A stretch of 64,000 nt of DNA from Escherichia coli (GTDB lineage: Bacteria > Pseudomonadota > Gammaproteobacteria > Enterobacterales > Enterobacteriaceae): NCBI RefSeq assembly GCF_024223415.1, contig NZ_CP100500.1. One strand, written 5' to 3'. The position numbers were made by a program, and so were the translations under genes. The notes below the pieces were generated by a model, which worked only from the letters and a program-made list of their open reading frames with translations, was not told the DNA's origin and searched no databases. Positions 42,082 to 53,246 of this stretch are shown piece by piece (the first letter of the stretch is position 1; each line of letters begins with the position of its first letter).

Positions 42082-44349
42082 ATGAAAGTATTAATTGTTG
42101 AAAGCGAGTTTCTCCATCAAGACACCTGGGTCGGTAACGCCGTTGAGCGTCTGGCAGATGCTTTAAGCCAGCAAAATGTTACCGTGATTAAATCCACCTC
42201 CTTTGATGATGGTTTTGCCATTCTCTCTTCAAACGAAGCCATTGACTGCCTGATGTTCAGCTATCAAATGGAACATCCGGACGAACATCAAAACGTCAGA
42301 CAATTGATCGGTAAGCTTCATGAGCGCCAACAAAACGTGCCGGTCTTCCTGTTGGGTGATCGGGAAAAAGCCCTCGCCGCAATGGATCGCGACCTGCTGG
42401 AGCTTGTCGATGAATTCGCCTGGATTCTGGAAGATACCGCCGACTTTATCGCCGGACGCGCCGTTGCCGCGATGACCCGCTACCGCCAGCAGCTGTTGCC
42501 GCCACTGTTCAGCGCGCTGATGAAATATAGCGACATCCATGAATATTCCTGGGCTGCGCCAGGCCACCAGGGCGGCGTTGGTTTTACCAAAACACCCGCC
42601 GGACGTTTCTACCATGACTACTATGGTGAAAATCTGTTCCGCACCGACATGGGCATCGAACGAACTTCCCTCGGTTCTTTGCTTGACCATACTGGCGCAT
42701 TTGGCGAAAGCGAAAAATATGCCGCACGCGTATTTGGTGCCGATCGCTCCTGGTCGGTAGTCGTCGGTACTTCCGGCTCTAACCGCACCATCATGCAGGC
42801 TTGCATGACCGATAACGATGTCGTGGTCGTTGACCGTAACTGCCATAAATCCATCGAACAAGGTTTGATGCTGACAGGCGCGAAACCGGTCTACATGGTG
42901 CCAAGCCGCAACCGCTATGGCATTATCGGGCCAATCTATCCGCAGGAAATACAACCTGAAACCTTGCAGAAGAAAATCAGTGAAAGCCCGCTGACCAAAG
43001 ACAAAGCCGGACAAAAACCGTCTTACTGCGTGGTGACCAACTGCACCTATGACGGCGTGTGTTATAACGCTAAAGAAGCGCAGGATCTGCTGGAAAAAAC
43101 CTCCGATCGTCTGCACTTTGACGAAGCCTGGTACGGCTATGCACGTTTCAACCCGATCTATGCCGATCACTATGCCATGCGCGGCGAACCTGGCGATCAC
43201 AACGGTCCTACTGTTTTCGCCACCCACTCCACCCACAAACTGCTGAATGCGCTTTCACAGGCTTCTTATATTCATGTACGTGAAGGTCGTGGGGCGATTA
43301 ACTTCTCCCGCTTCAACCAGGCCTACATGATGCATGCCACCACCTCCCCGCTGTATGCCATCTGCGCATCCAACGACGTGGCGGTGTCGATGATGGACGG
43401 CAACAGCGGCCTGTCACTGACGCAGGAAGTGATCGACGAAGCGGTTGATTTCCGTCAGGCGATGGCGCGGCTGTATAAAGAGTTCACCGCTGACGGTAGC
43501 TGGTTCTTCAAACCGTGGAACAAAGAAGTCGTCACCGACCCACAAACCGGCAAAACCTATGACTTTGCTGACGCACCAACCAAACTGCTGACCACCGTTC
43601 AGGACTGCTGGGTAATGCATCCGGGCGAAAGCTGGCACGGCTTCAAAGATATTCCGGATAACTGGAGTATGCTCGACCCGATTAAAGTCAGCATCCTTGC
43701 TCCGGGAATGGGTGAAGATGGTGAACTGGAAGAAACCGGTGTTCCGGCGGCGCTGGTCACTGCCTGGCTTGGTCGCCACGGCATTGTGCCTACCCGCACC
43801 ACTGACTTCCAAATTATGTTCCTGTTCTCTATGGGCGTAACCCGTGGGAAATGGGGGACTCTGGTTAACACCCTTTGCTCCTTCAAACGCCACTATGACG
43901 CCAACACACCGCTGGCGCAGGTGATGCCGGAACTTGTTGAACAATATCCTGACACTTATGCGAACATGGGGATTCACGATCTGGGTGACACTATGTTTGC
44001 CTGGCTGAAAGAAAACAACCCTGGCGCACGGTTGAACGAAGCCTATTCCGGCCTGCCGGTGGCGGAAATCACCCCGCGTGAAGCGTACAACGCGATTGTC
44101 GACAACAATGTCGAACTGGTATCCATTGAAAATCTGCCAGGACGTATCGCGGCAAACTCAGTTATCCCGTATCCGCCAGGAATCCCGATGCTGCTGTCTG
44201 GTGAAAACTTCGGCGATAAAAACAGTCCGCAAGTAAGTTATTTACGCTCGCTGCAATCCTGGGATCATCATTTCCCTGGATTTGAACACGAAACTGAAGG
44301 GACTGAAATTATTGACGGTATTTACCACGTTATGTGTGTGAAAGCGTAA
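42082..44349 (+). CDS. adiA: biodegradative arginine decarboxylase
   Basis: 755 aa from the second Met (MKVLIVESEF...); PLP-dependent fold I decarboxylase matching AdiA. Confidence 0.95.
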   Translation: MKVLIVESEFLHQDTWVGNAVERLADALSQQNVTVIKSTSFDDGFAILSSNEAIDCLMFSYQMEHPDEHQNVRQLIGKLHERQQNVPVFLLGDREKALAAMDRDLLELVDEFAWILEDTADFIAGRAVAAMTRYRQQLLPPLFSALMKYSDIHEYSWAAPGHQGGVGFTKTPAGRFYHDYYGENLFRTDMGIERTSLGSLLDHTGAFGESEKYAARVFGADRSWSVVVGTSGSNRTIMQACMTDNDVVVVDRNCHKSIEQGLMLTGAKPVYMVPSRNRYGIIGPIYPQEIQPETLQKKISESPLTKDKAGQKPSYCVVTNCTYDGVCYNAKEAQDLLEKTSDRLHFDEAWYGYARFNPIYADHYAMRGEPGDHNGPTVFATHSTHKLLNALSQASYIHVREGRGAINFSRFNQAYMMHATTSPLYAICASNDVAVSMMDGNSGLSLTQEVIDEAVDFRQAMARLYKEFTADGSWFFKPWNKEVVTDPQTGKTYDFADAPTKLLTTVQDCWVMHPGESWHGFKDIPDNWSMLDPIKVSILAPGMGEDGELEETGVPAALVTAWLGRHGIVPTRTTDFQIMFLFSMGVTRGKWGTLVNTLCSFKRHYDANTPLAQVMPELVEQYPDTYANMGIHDLGDTMFAWLKENNPGARLNEAYSGLPVAEITPREAYNAIVDNNVELVSIENLPGRIAANSVIPYPPGIPMLLSGENFGDKNSPQVSYLRSLQSWDHHFPGFEHETEGTEIIDGIYHVMCVKA

Positions 44350-44466
44350 CCACTATTCCGCTGAAGGCGTAATTGTTTAAATAACATTACGCCGCCTGGC
44401 CTTAGGCCTTTTGAGTATGGCAACGTTTTCATAAAAATTGCTGCAAACAAAAATGTCATACTTTTT

Positions 44467-44493
44467 GCGCGGCCCCACCCCGCGCTTTTTTTT
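44467..44493 (+). terminator. intrinsic terminator after adiA
   Basis: GC-rich stem gcgcgg/ccgcgc, 7-nt loop, then an 8-T run. Confidence 0.7.
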
Positions 44494-44673
44494 GCCTGTT
44501 ATTTACCCTGTAAAAAAATATGTACATGAGAAATTACTATAAAAATTTGTAATATTAGTAAAACTCGTTATTTTTATGCATGTTTATATTCATCATACAA
44601 TTATATAACCATTTCCCGGTATCGCTTTGCTTTAGCGAGAACTGGTCTTTTATTCGCACTCAGGAGTACATGT

Positions 44674-45435
44674 ATGAGGATTTGCAGCGACCAACCTTGT
44701 ATTGTTTTATTGACTGAAAAAGATGTCTGGATAAGGGTGAATGGGAAAGAACCTATTAGCCTTAAAGCTAACCATATGGCGTTATTAAATTGTGAAAATA
44801 ATATTATCGACGTCTCCTCTCTTAACAACACTTTGGTTGCTCATATTAGTCACGACATCATCAAAGATTACCTCCGGTTTCTGAATAAAGATCTCTCGCA
44901 AATACCAGTATGGCAACGTAGCGCTACGCCCATTCTCACCCTGCCATGCCTGACACCAGACGTCTTTCGCGTTGCCGCGCAACACAGCATGATGCCCGCA
45001 GAAACTGAGTCAGAAAAGGAACGAACACGCGCATTATTATTCACTGTGCTATCCCGTTTTCTCGACAGTAAAAAATTCCTTTCATTAATGATGTATATGT
45101 TACGTAATTGTGTAAGTGACAGCGTTTATCAAATTATTGAAAGCGATATTCACAAAGACTGGAATCTTAGTATGGTAGCCAGTTGTTTATGTCTTAGCCC
45201 AAGTCTGTTAAAGAAAAAGCTGAAAAGCGAAAACACCAGTTATAGCCAAATAATCACCACCTGCCGCATGCGTTATGCCGTAAATGAATTAATGATGGAC
45301 GGTAAAAATATCTCTCAGGTATCACAGTCCTGCGGCTACAACAGTACGTCGTACTTTATTTCTGTCTTTAAAGACTTCTACGGTATGACGCCGCTGCATT
45401 ATGTTAGTCAGCACAGAGAACGCACTGTCGCCTGA
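44674..45435 (+). CDS. adiY: AraC-family regulator AdiY
   Basis: 253-aa ORF matching AdiY between adiA and adiC. Confidence 0.9.
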   Translation: MRICSDQPCIVLLTEKDVWIRVNGKEPISLKANHMALLNCENNIIDVSSLNNTLVAHISHDIIKDYLRFLNKDLSQIPVWQRSATPILTLPCLTPDVFRVAAQHSMMPAETESEKERTRALLFTVLSRFLDSKKFLSLMMYMLRNCVSDSVYQIIESDIHKDWNLSMVASCLCLSPSLLKKKLKSENTSYSQIITTCRMRYAVNELMMDGKNISQVSQSCGYNSTSYFISVFKDFYGMTPLHYVSQHRERTVA

Positions 45436-45571
45436 TTTTTAACCTTAACGAAGAGCTATATTAATAACGGCATCAGCGATAACCCGGTCGATAATAATTC
45501 AACTATCGAATGCAGGCGTATGATATGACGTAATTTATTGTCACGAAGCTCGCCTTCGCAGGAGTTTAATT

Positions 45572-46909
45572 ATGTCTTCGGATGCTGATGCTCACAAAGT
45601 GGGCTTAATCCCCGTCACCCTGATGGTGTCGGGGAATATTATGGGGTCAGGTGTTTTTCTGTTACCTGCAAACCTGGCCTCCACTGGCGGGATTGCCATT
45701 TATGGATGGTTGGTGACGATTATCGGTGCGCTGGGGCTCTCGATGGTATACGCCAAAATGTCGTTCCTCGACCCAAGCCCTGGTGGTTCTTACGCTTACG
45801 CCCGCCGCTGCTTTGGCCCGTTTCTCGGTTATCAAACCAACGTCCTCTACTGGCTGGCCTGCTGGATCGGCAATATCGCCATGGTGGTCATTGGCGTAGG
45901 ATATTTAAGTTACTTCTTCCCGATTCTGAAAGATCCATTGGTATTAACCATCACCTGCGTCGTGGTGCTGTGGATCTTCGTCCTGCTGAACATTGTCGGT
46001 CCGAAAATGATCACCCGTGTGCAGGCCGTTGCCACCGTGCTGGCGCTGATCCCCATCGTCGGGATTGCCGTATTTGGCTGGTTCTGGTTCCGTGGTGAAA
46101 CCTATATGGCGGCATGGAACGTCAGCGGCCTGGGCACTTTCGGTGCAATTCAAAGTACCCTTAACGTTACGCTGTGGTCGTTCATCGGTGTGGAAAGTGC
46201 CTCCGTTGCCGCAGGTGTGGTGAAAAACCCGAAACGCAATGTCCCTATCGCCACCATCGGTGGGGTATTGATTGCCGCCGTTTGCTATGTGCTCTCCACC
46301 ACCGCGATTATGGGGATGATCCCTAATGCCGCACTGCGCGTTTCTGCCTCGCCATTCGGTGATGCCGCACGGATGGCGTTGGGTGACACCGCCGGGGCCA
46401 TTGTTTCCTTCTGCGCAGCTGCGGGTTGCTTAGGTTCACTGGGCGGCTGGACATTGCTGGCGGGTCAAACGGCGAAAGCGGCTGCCGATGACGGACTGTT
46501 CCCACCGATTTTTGCCCGTGTAAATAAAGCGGGTACGCCAGTGGCGGGGCTGATTATCGTCGGTATTTTGATGACCATCTTCCAGCTCAGCAGCATTTCA
46601 CCAAACGCGACCAAAGAATTCGGTCTGGTGTCTTCCGTCTCGGTCATCTTTACACTGGTGCCATATCTTTACACCTGTGCGGCGTTACTGCTGCTCGGAC
46701 ACGGTCACTTTGGTAAAGCACGCCCGGCATATCTGGCAGTTACTACCATTGCCTTCCTCTACTGCATCTGGGCCGTGGTGGGGTCCGGGGCGAAAGAGGT
46801 TATGTGGTCATTTGTCACCCTGATGGTCATCACCGCCATGTATGCGCTGAATTACAACCGGCTGCATAAAAACCCGTATCCCTTAGATGCACCAATAAGC
46901 AAAGATTAA
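45572..46909 (+). CDS. adiC: arginine:agmatine antiporter
   Basis: 445-aa APC-family transporter matching AdiC. Confidence 0.95.
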
Positions 46910-47012
46910 TTCCCCTTAATCCAGCAAAGATAAAAGCCAACCTTAAGAACTTAAGGTTGGCTTAATTTTGCTTTGCGAGCATATGCGCACTTTGTTCGAT
47001 GGAAACACCGTG

Positions 47013-48656
47013 ATGTTGAAGCGCCTACTAAAAAGACCCTCTTTGAATTTACTCGCCTGGCTATTGTTGGCCGCTTTTTATATCTCTATCTGCCTGAATA
47101 TTGCCTTTTTTAAACAGGTGTTGCAGACGCTGCCGCTGGACTCGCTGCATAACGTACTGGTTTTCTTGTCGATGCCGGTCGTCGCCTTCAGCGTGATTAA
47201 TATTGTCCTGACACTAAGCTCTTTCTTATGGCTTAATCGACCGCTGGCCTGCCTGTTTATTCTGGTTGGCGCGGCTGCACAATATTTCATAATGACTTAC
47301 GGCATCGTCATCGACCGCTCGATGATTGCCAATATTATTGATACCACTCCGGCAGAAAGCTATGCGCTGATGACACCGCAAATGTTATTAACGCTGGGAT
47401 TCAGCGGCGTGCTTGCTGCGCTGATTGCCTGCTGGATTAAAATCAAACCTGCCACCTCGCGTCTGCGCAGTGTTCTTTTCCGTGGAGCCAATATTCTGGT
47501 TTCTGTACTGCTGATTTTGCTGGTCGCCGCACTATTTTATAAAGACTACGCCTCGTTGTTCCGCAACAACAAAGAGCTGGTGAAGTCCTTAAGCCCCTCT
47601 AACAGCATTGTTGCCAGCTGGTCATGGTACTCCCATCAGCGACTGGCAAATCTGCCGCTGGTGCGAATTGGTGAAGACGCGCACCGCAACCCATTAATGC
47701 AGAACGAAAAACGTAAAAATTTGACCATCTTGATTGTCGGCGAAACCTCGCGGGCGGAGAACTTCTCCCTCAACGGCTACCCGCGTGAAACTAACCCGCG
47801 GCTGGCGAAAGATAACGTGGTCTATTTCCCTAATACCGCATCTTGCGGCACGGCAACGGCAGTTTCAGTACCGTGCATGTTCTCGGATATGCCGCGAGAG
47901 CACTACAAAGAAGAGCTGGCACAGCACCAGGAAGGCGTGCTGGATATCATTCAGCGAGCGGGCATCAACGTGCTGTGGAATGACAACGATGGCGGCTGTA
48001 AAGGTGCCTGCGACCGCGTGCCTCACCAGAATGTCACCGCGCTGAATCTGCCTGATCAGTGCATCAACGGCGAATGCTATGACGAAGTGTTGTTCCACGG
48101 GCTGGAAGAGTACGTCAATAACCTGCAGGGTGATGGCGTGATTGTCTTACACACCATCGGCAGCCACGGTCCGACCTATTACAACCGCTATCCGCCGCAG
48201 TTCAGGAAATTTACCCCAACCTGCGACACCAATGAGATCCAGACCTGTACCAAAGAGCAACTGGTGAACACTTACGACAACACGCTGGTTTACGTCGACT
48301 ATATTGTTGATAAAGCGATTAATCTGCTGAAAGAACATCAGGATAAATTTACCACCAGCCTGGTTTATCTTTCTGACCACGGTGAATCGTTAGGTGAAAA
48401 TGGCATCTATCTGCACGGTCTGCCTTATGCCATCGCCCCGGATAGCCAAAAACAGGTGCCGATGCTGCTGTGGCTGTCGGAGGATTATCAAAAACGGTAT
48501 CAGGTTGACCAGAACTGCCTGCAAAAACAGGCGCAAACGCAACACTATTCACAAGACAATTTATTCTCCACGCTATTGGGATTAACTGGCGTTGAGACGA
48601 AGTATTACCAGGCTGCGGATGATATTCTGCAAACTTGCAGGAGAGTGAGTGAATGA
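47013..48656 (+). CDS. eptA: lipid A phosphoethanolamine transferase EptA (PmrC)
   Basis: Start at [18 protein letters not shown] (547 aa); sulfatase-type domain; overlaps basR by 4 nt. Confidence 0.9.
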   Translation: MLKRLLKRPSLNLLAWLLLAAFYISICLNIAFFKQVLQTLPLDSLHNVLVFLSMPVVAFSVINIVLTLSSFLWLNRPLACLFILVGAAAQYFIMTYGIVIDRSMIANIIDTTPAESYALMTPQMLLTLGFSGVLAALIACWIKIKPATSRLRSVLFRGANILVSVLLILLVAALFYKDYASLFRNNKELVKSLSPSNSIVASWSWYSHQRLANLPLVRIGEDAHRNPLMQNEKRKNLTILIVGETSRAENFSLNGYPRETNPRLAKDNVVYFPNTASCGTATAVSVPCMFSDMPREHYKEELAQHQEGVLDIIQRAGINVLWNDNDGGCKGACDRVPHQNVTALNLPDQCINGECYDEVLFHGLEEYVNNLQGDGVIVLHTIGSHGPTYYNRYPPQFRKFTPTCDTNEIQTCTKEQLVNTYDNTLVYVDYIVDKAINLLKEHQDKFTTSLVYLSDHGESLGENGIYLHGLPYAIAPDSQKQVPMLLWLSEDYQKRYQVDQNCLQKQAQTQHYSQDNLFSTLLGLTGVETKYYQAADDILQTCRRVSE

Positions 48657-49321
48657 AAATTCTGATTGTTGAAGACGATACGCTGTTATTGCAGGGACTG
48701 ATTCTGGCGGCGCAAACCGAAGGCTACGCGTGCGATGGCGTGACAACCGCGCGGATGGCGGAACAAAGCCTTGAGGCAGGTCATTACAGCCTGGTGGTAC
48801 TGGATTTAGGGTTACCCGACGAAGATGGACTGCATTTTCTCGCCCGTATCCGGCAGAAAAAATATACCCTGCCGGTACTGATCCTCACCGCTCGCGATAC
48901 GCTGACCGACAAAATCGCCGGGCTGGATGTCGGTGCCGATGACTATCTGGTGAAGCCTTTTGCGCTGGAAGAGTTACACGCCCGTATCCGCGCCCTGCTA
49001 CGACGCCATAATAATCAGGGCGAAAGTGAGCTGATTGTTGGCAATCTGACGCTGAATATGGGTCGCCGTCAGGTATGGATGGGCGGTGAAGAGTTGATTC
49101 TGACGCCCAAAGAATATGCTCTGCTGTCACGGTTAATGCTCAAAGCAGGCAGTCCGGTGCATCGGGAAATTCTCTACAACGACATCTATAACTGGGACAA
49201 TGAACCCTCGACCAACACCCTGGAAGTGCATATCCACAATCTGCGCGACAAAGTGGGCAAAGCCCGTATCCGCACCGTGCGCGGCTTTGGCTATATGCTT
49301 GTCGCGAATGAGGAAAACTAA
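48653..49321 (+). CDS. basR: response regulator BasR (PmrA)
   Basis: 222-aa OmpR-family regulator matching BasR. Confidence 0.95.
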   Translation: MKILIVEDDTLLLQGLILAAQTEGYACDGVTTARMAEQSLEAGHYSLVVLDLGLPDEDGLHFLARIRQKKYTLPVLILTARDTLTDKIAGLDVGADDYLVKPFALEELHARIRALLRRHNNQGESELIVGNLTLNMGRRQVWMGGEELILTPKEYALLSRLMLKAGSPVHREILYNDIYNWDNEPSTNTLEVHIHNLRDKVGKARIRTVRGFGYMLVANEEN

Positions 49322-49330
49322 TTGAATCTG

Positions 49331-50422
49331 ATGCGTTTTCTGCGCCGACCAATATCGCTGCGCCAACGGCTGATATTGACCATCGGGGCCATTTTGTTGG
49401 TGTTTGAGCTGATTAGCGTCTTCTGGCTATGGCATGAAAGTACCGAGCAGATTCAGCTGTTTGAGCAGGCGCTACGCGACAATCGCAACAACGATCGCCA
49501 CATCATGCGTGAGATCCGCGAGGCGGTCGCCAGCCTGATTGTCCCCGGCGTCTTTATGGTCAGCCTGACGCTATTTATCTGCTATCAGGCGGTACGCCGC
49601 ATCACCCGCCCGCTGGCGGAGCTGCAAAAAGAGCTGGAAGCGCGCACCGCCGACAACTTAACGCCCATTGCCATTCACAGCGCCACCCTCGAAATCGAAG
49701 CGGTGGTTTCGGCGTTGAACGATCTGGTCAGTCGCCTGACCAGCACGCTGGATAACGAAAGGTTATTTACCGCTGACGTCGCGCACGAACTGCGAACGCC
49801 ACTGGCGGGGGTGCGTTTGCATCTGGAACTGCTGGCGAAAACGCATCACATTGATGTAGCACCGTTAGTGGCACGGCTTGATCAGATGATGGAGAGCGTC
49901 TCCCAGCTGCTGCAACTGGCGCGTGCCGGACAGTCATTTTCTTCCGGTAATTATCAACATGTAAAACTGCTGGAAGATGTCATTCTCCCCTCGTATGACG
50001 AACTCAGTACCATGCTCGACCAGCGACAGCAAACCCTGCTATTGCCAGAGAGCGCCGCCGACATCACCGTTCAGGGTGATGCAACCCTGCTGCGGATGTT
50101 ATTGCGAAACCTGGTAGAAAACGCCCATCGTTACAGCCCGCAAGGCAGCAACATTATGATTAAGCTGCAAGAAGATGGCGGAGCGGTCATGGCCGTTGAA
50201 GATGAAGGACCAGGTATTGATGAGAGTAAATGCGGGGAGTTGAGTAAAGCGTTTGTACGTATGGACAGCCGTTATGGCGGGATTGGTCTGGGGTTAAGTA
50301 TTGTCAGCCGCATTACACAGTTGCATCACGGGCAGTTTTTCCTGCAAAACCGGCAAGAGACTTCCGGCACGCGGGCCTGGGTACGGCTGAAGAAAGATCA
50401 GTACGTGGCAAACCAGATATAA
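49331..50422 (+). CDS. basS: sensor kinase BasS (PmrB)
   Basis: Start at ATG 49331 (MRFLRRPISL..., 363 aa) matching BasS; the ORF track begins at an upstream TTG. Confidence 0.9.
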   Translation: MRFLRRPISLRQRLILTIGAILLVFELISVFWLWHESTEQIQLFEQALRDNRNNDRHIMREIREAVASLIVPGVFMVSLTLFICYQAVRRITRPLAELQKELEARTADNLTPIAIHSATLEIEAVVSALNDLVSRLTSTLDNERLFTADVAHELRTPLAGVRLHLELLAKTHHIDVAPLVARLDQMMESVSQLLQLARAGQSFSSGNYQHVKLLEDVILPSYDELSTMLDQRQQTLLLPESAADITVQGDATLLRMLLRNLVENAHRYSPQGSNIMIKLQEDGGAVMAVEDEGPGIDESKCGELSKAFVRMDSRYGGIGLGLSIVSRITQLHHGQFFLQNRQETSGTRAWVRLKKDQYVANQI

Positions 50423-50487
50423 AGAAAGCTGCTGACCACCAGCACGCTGAACACGGTAGTTAAACTTTCATAAACACGGTTTTTCAT
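50398..50487 (-). CDS. pmrR: small membrane protein PmrR
   Basis: 29-aa ORF found manually: MKNRVYESLTTVFSVLVVSSFLYIWFATY, with a GGAGG Shine-Dalgarno upstream; overlaps the 3' end of basS on the opposite strand. Confidence 0.6.
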   Translation of the reverse strand: MKNRVYESLTTVFSVLVVSSFLYIWFATY

Positions 50488-50601
50488 TGCACTCTCCTCC
50501 GTTAATCTGGAGGAGAGTATGCGCGGCAGAGATTAAGTGAACCTTAAGAGTTCAATTGTTGGTCTGATAAGACAGCGTCACATCAGGCCATCCGTTTCAG
50601 C

Positions 50602-52104
50602 TTATTCATCAATTCGCGGATGTTGCTGCACCAGGCGGGTACGTTTCGCCTGCAAATCGGCAATCTCGTGGTCAATATCATCGATTTTCTGCTCGATATT
50701 ATCGTAATGCTCGACGAGAATTTCCTTCGCTTCCTGTATATCTGACGCCGCCGGTGTCGCACCTTTCAACGGACGATTTGCCGTCTCTTTCATGGTTACG
50801 CCGGTGATTAAACCAATCACCGCCACTACCATCAGGTAATAGGCAGGCATCATCAGATTCTGCGAGCTTTCGACCAGCCAGGCCGCCAGTGTTGGCGTCA
50901 GACCGGCAACCAGCACCGAAATATTAAATGCCGCCGCCAGCGCGCTGTATCGGATATGCGTCGGGAACATCGCTGGCAAGGTAGAAGCCATAACGCCCGT
51001 AAAGCAGTTAAGGATCACCGCCAGCATCAGTAACCCGGCAAAAATCAGGCCGATGACGTTACTGTTAATCAGAATAAACGCCGGGATCGCCAACACAAAC
51101 AGTGCAACACTACCAAGTAGCACAAACGGACGACGGCCAAAACGGTCACTCAGCAAGCCCATCACCGGCTGGACAAACAGCATACCGATCATAATGGCGA
51201 TAATAATCAGCACCCCGTGGTCTTCGGAGTAATGCAGGTTATGCGACAAATAACTCGGCATATAGGTCAGCAACATGTAGTAAGTCACGTTGGTGGCAAT
51301 TACCAGACCAATACATGTCAACAGGCTGCGCCAGTATTTAGTGGCAATCTCTTTAAACGAGACTTTCGGGCCATCCTGCAAACCTTCGCGGTCGCCCTGT
51401 TCCAGTTTATCAACATGCTGCTGGAACGCCGGAGTTTCTTCCAGCGCATGGCGCAGGTAAAGCCCGATAATCCCTAACGGCAGAGCAATAAAGAACGGAA
51501 TACGCCAGCCCCAGTCGAGGAAGTTCGCTTCGCCGACAATGGTCGAAATTAACACCACCACGCCCGCACCCAGCACAAACCCGGCAATAGAACCGAAGTC
51601 CAGCCAGCTGCCCATAAAGCCACGTTTACGGTCAGGGGAGTATTCCGCAACAAATATCGACGCCCCGGTATATTCACCGCCGACCGAGAAACCTTGTGCC
51701 ATCTTACAGATCAACAGCAGAATCGGTGCCCAAATACCAATCGTGTCGTAGGACGGTATTAAGCCAATACAGAACGTACTGATCGACATAATCACAATAG
51801 TGATAGCGAGGATCTTCTGGCGACCATATTTATCGCCCAACATACCAAAGAAGAGTCCGCCAAGCGGTCGAATCAGAAAGGGAACGGAGAACGTGGCAAG
51901 TGCAGCAACCATCTGCACGCTGGGGTCAGCCCCCGGGAAAAAAACTTTACCTAATGCGTAAGCAACAAAACCATAAACACCAAAATCAAACCATTCCATT
52001 GCATTACCCAGTGATGCTGCGGTAATGGCTTTACGCAGTTTACCGTCATCAATAATGGTGACATCACGAAGGGTAATCGGTTTTACTTTTTTCCTTTTCA
52101 GCAT
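50602..52104 (-). CDS. proP: proline/glycine betaine:H+ symporter
   Basis: Start at MLKRKKVKPITL (500 aa); MFS transporter with C-terminal coiled-coil (IDDIDHEIADLQAKRTRL). Confidence 0.95.
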   Translation of the reverse strand: MLKRKKVKPITLRDVTIIDDGKLRKAITAASLGNAMEWFDFGVYGFVAYALGKVFFPGADPSVQMVAALATFSVPFLIRPLGGLFFGMLGDKYGRQKILAITIVIMSISTFCIGLIPSYDTIGIWAPILLLICKMAQGFSVGGEYTGASIFVAEYSPDRKRGFMGSWLDFGSIAGFVLGAGVVVLISTIVGEANFLDWGWRIPFFIALPLGIIGLYLRHALEETPAFQQHVDKLEQGDREGLQDGPKVSFKEIATKYWRSLLTCIGLVIATNVTYYMLLTYMPSYLSHNLHYSEDHGVLIIIAIMIGMLFVQPVMGLLSDRFGRRPFVLLGSVALFVLAIPAFILINSNVIGLIFAGLLMLAVILNCFTGVMASTLPAMFPTHIRYSALAAAFNISVLVAGLTPTLAAWLVESSQNLMMPAYYLMVVAVIGLITGVTMKETANRPLKGATPAASDIQEAKEILVEHYDNIEQKIDDIDHEIADLQAKRTRLVQQHPRIDE

Positions 52105-52367
52105 AGCTTTCCTCGCAGAGTTGGCCCATTTCCGCAAACGCCAGAAAAATCAGCGCGACGGCCGCAAAAGGGGAGCGGGAATTGCAGGATGCAATCTCTG
52201 TAACAAGCGTAGCGGGTTTGCTTACACCCTCCGGTTAAGGAATGTACAATCAAACCAGTTGACGCCTGAATTGGGCAGTTAATGACCTTTTTACCCTACC
52301 AGCGTTTAAATTTGTGATCAACTTCACACATGAATTTCGTTTAGGACTCATTGATGTAACTGATTAT

Positions 52368-53246
52368 TTACACCAAATTTACAGAGAAGATTTCCTCGAG
52401 CATTGCCCCCGCCAGACGCTGCGCTGAACAGAGTCGTGGCATCCCCAGCGCGACAGTTTGCCAGCGTTGGGTCACTGACCAGCAAACGGGTTGTTTATCT
52501 GCCGTGGACCACTTTCCCAGCCAACTTAAAAAATCAGCATGATCCCCGCCCGTCGGAACGGTCGAAGAGGCAAACCACTGATGGTAATAGTGACGCGTGG
52601 TCGGGGCCGCATTGATACTCTCTGCCAGATGTTGTGTCGCTTTCACGCGCAAATCACCCAGCAACAACGCCACCGCTTGCGGGCTTCCCAGACGGCAGGC
52701 ATCGCCAAATGCACCCCAACGCAACTCTTCGAGAACGATAAAACAGCGCCCAGGCAACGACCAGGCGTTATACGCCCCAGCACGCCAGCGGGTAAAAATT
52801 TGCTCGCTCTGTTCACCTGCCTGCACCAGTAGGCCCCGTTGCGTTAACGCCTTTTCCTTCCAGCGACAACGGGCTGAAAACCACTCATACAAGGCGGCAA
52901 TTTGCTGGGGGAGCTCCGGGAAAGCAGAGTGCTGGCGGTGATCCATTTTTTGCAGCAGCGCCAGATGTTGCGCGATCTGCATCAGTGCCAGATGACCGGG
53001 ATCCAGCATCGACGCCAGTTTTTCCACCAATGTCAAACGCAGGCTAAGCGGCGCATTTAACATTCCGCCGTTCGTCCATGTCTGAAGCTGCACGCGCGCA
53101 AGAAGTTCCTGCATCAGTCGTTCACGAAACTGCTGCTGATGGGCTTGTGGAAGGCGGGCATCATCGCCCTGCGCCAGATCCACTAAAAAGCGCGGATGAA
53201 CCGACTCCAGCACGCGACCGGGGCCGTCCAGTAACGTCTTGGTCAA
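52368..53246 (-). CDS. yjcZ: YjcZ, partner of CrfC
   Basis: 292-aa ORF overlapping the crfC stop by 4 nt; conserved crfC-yjcZ arrangement. Confidence 0.85.
   Translation of the reverse strand: MTKTLLDGPGRVLESVHPRFLVDLAQGDDARLPQAHQQQFRERLMQELLARVQLQTWTNGGMLNAPLSLRLTLVEKLASMLDPGHLALMQIAQHLALLQKMDHRQHSAFPELPQQIAALYEWFSARCRWKEKALTQRGLLVQAGEQSEQIFTRWRAGAYNAWSLPGRCFIVLEELRWGAFGDACRLGSPQAVALLLGDLRVKATQHLAESINAAPTTRHYYHQWFASSTVPTGGDHADFLSWLGKWSTADKQPVCWSVTQRWQTVALGMPRLCSAQRLAGAMLEEIFSVNLV

Noticed and set aside
42229-43236. 335-aa ORF antisense within adiA (also 43414-43977)
   Set aside because: Embedded in adiA on the opposite strand with no independent coding signal; typical spurious antisense ORF.
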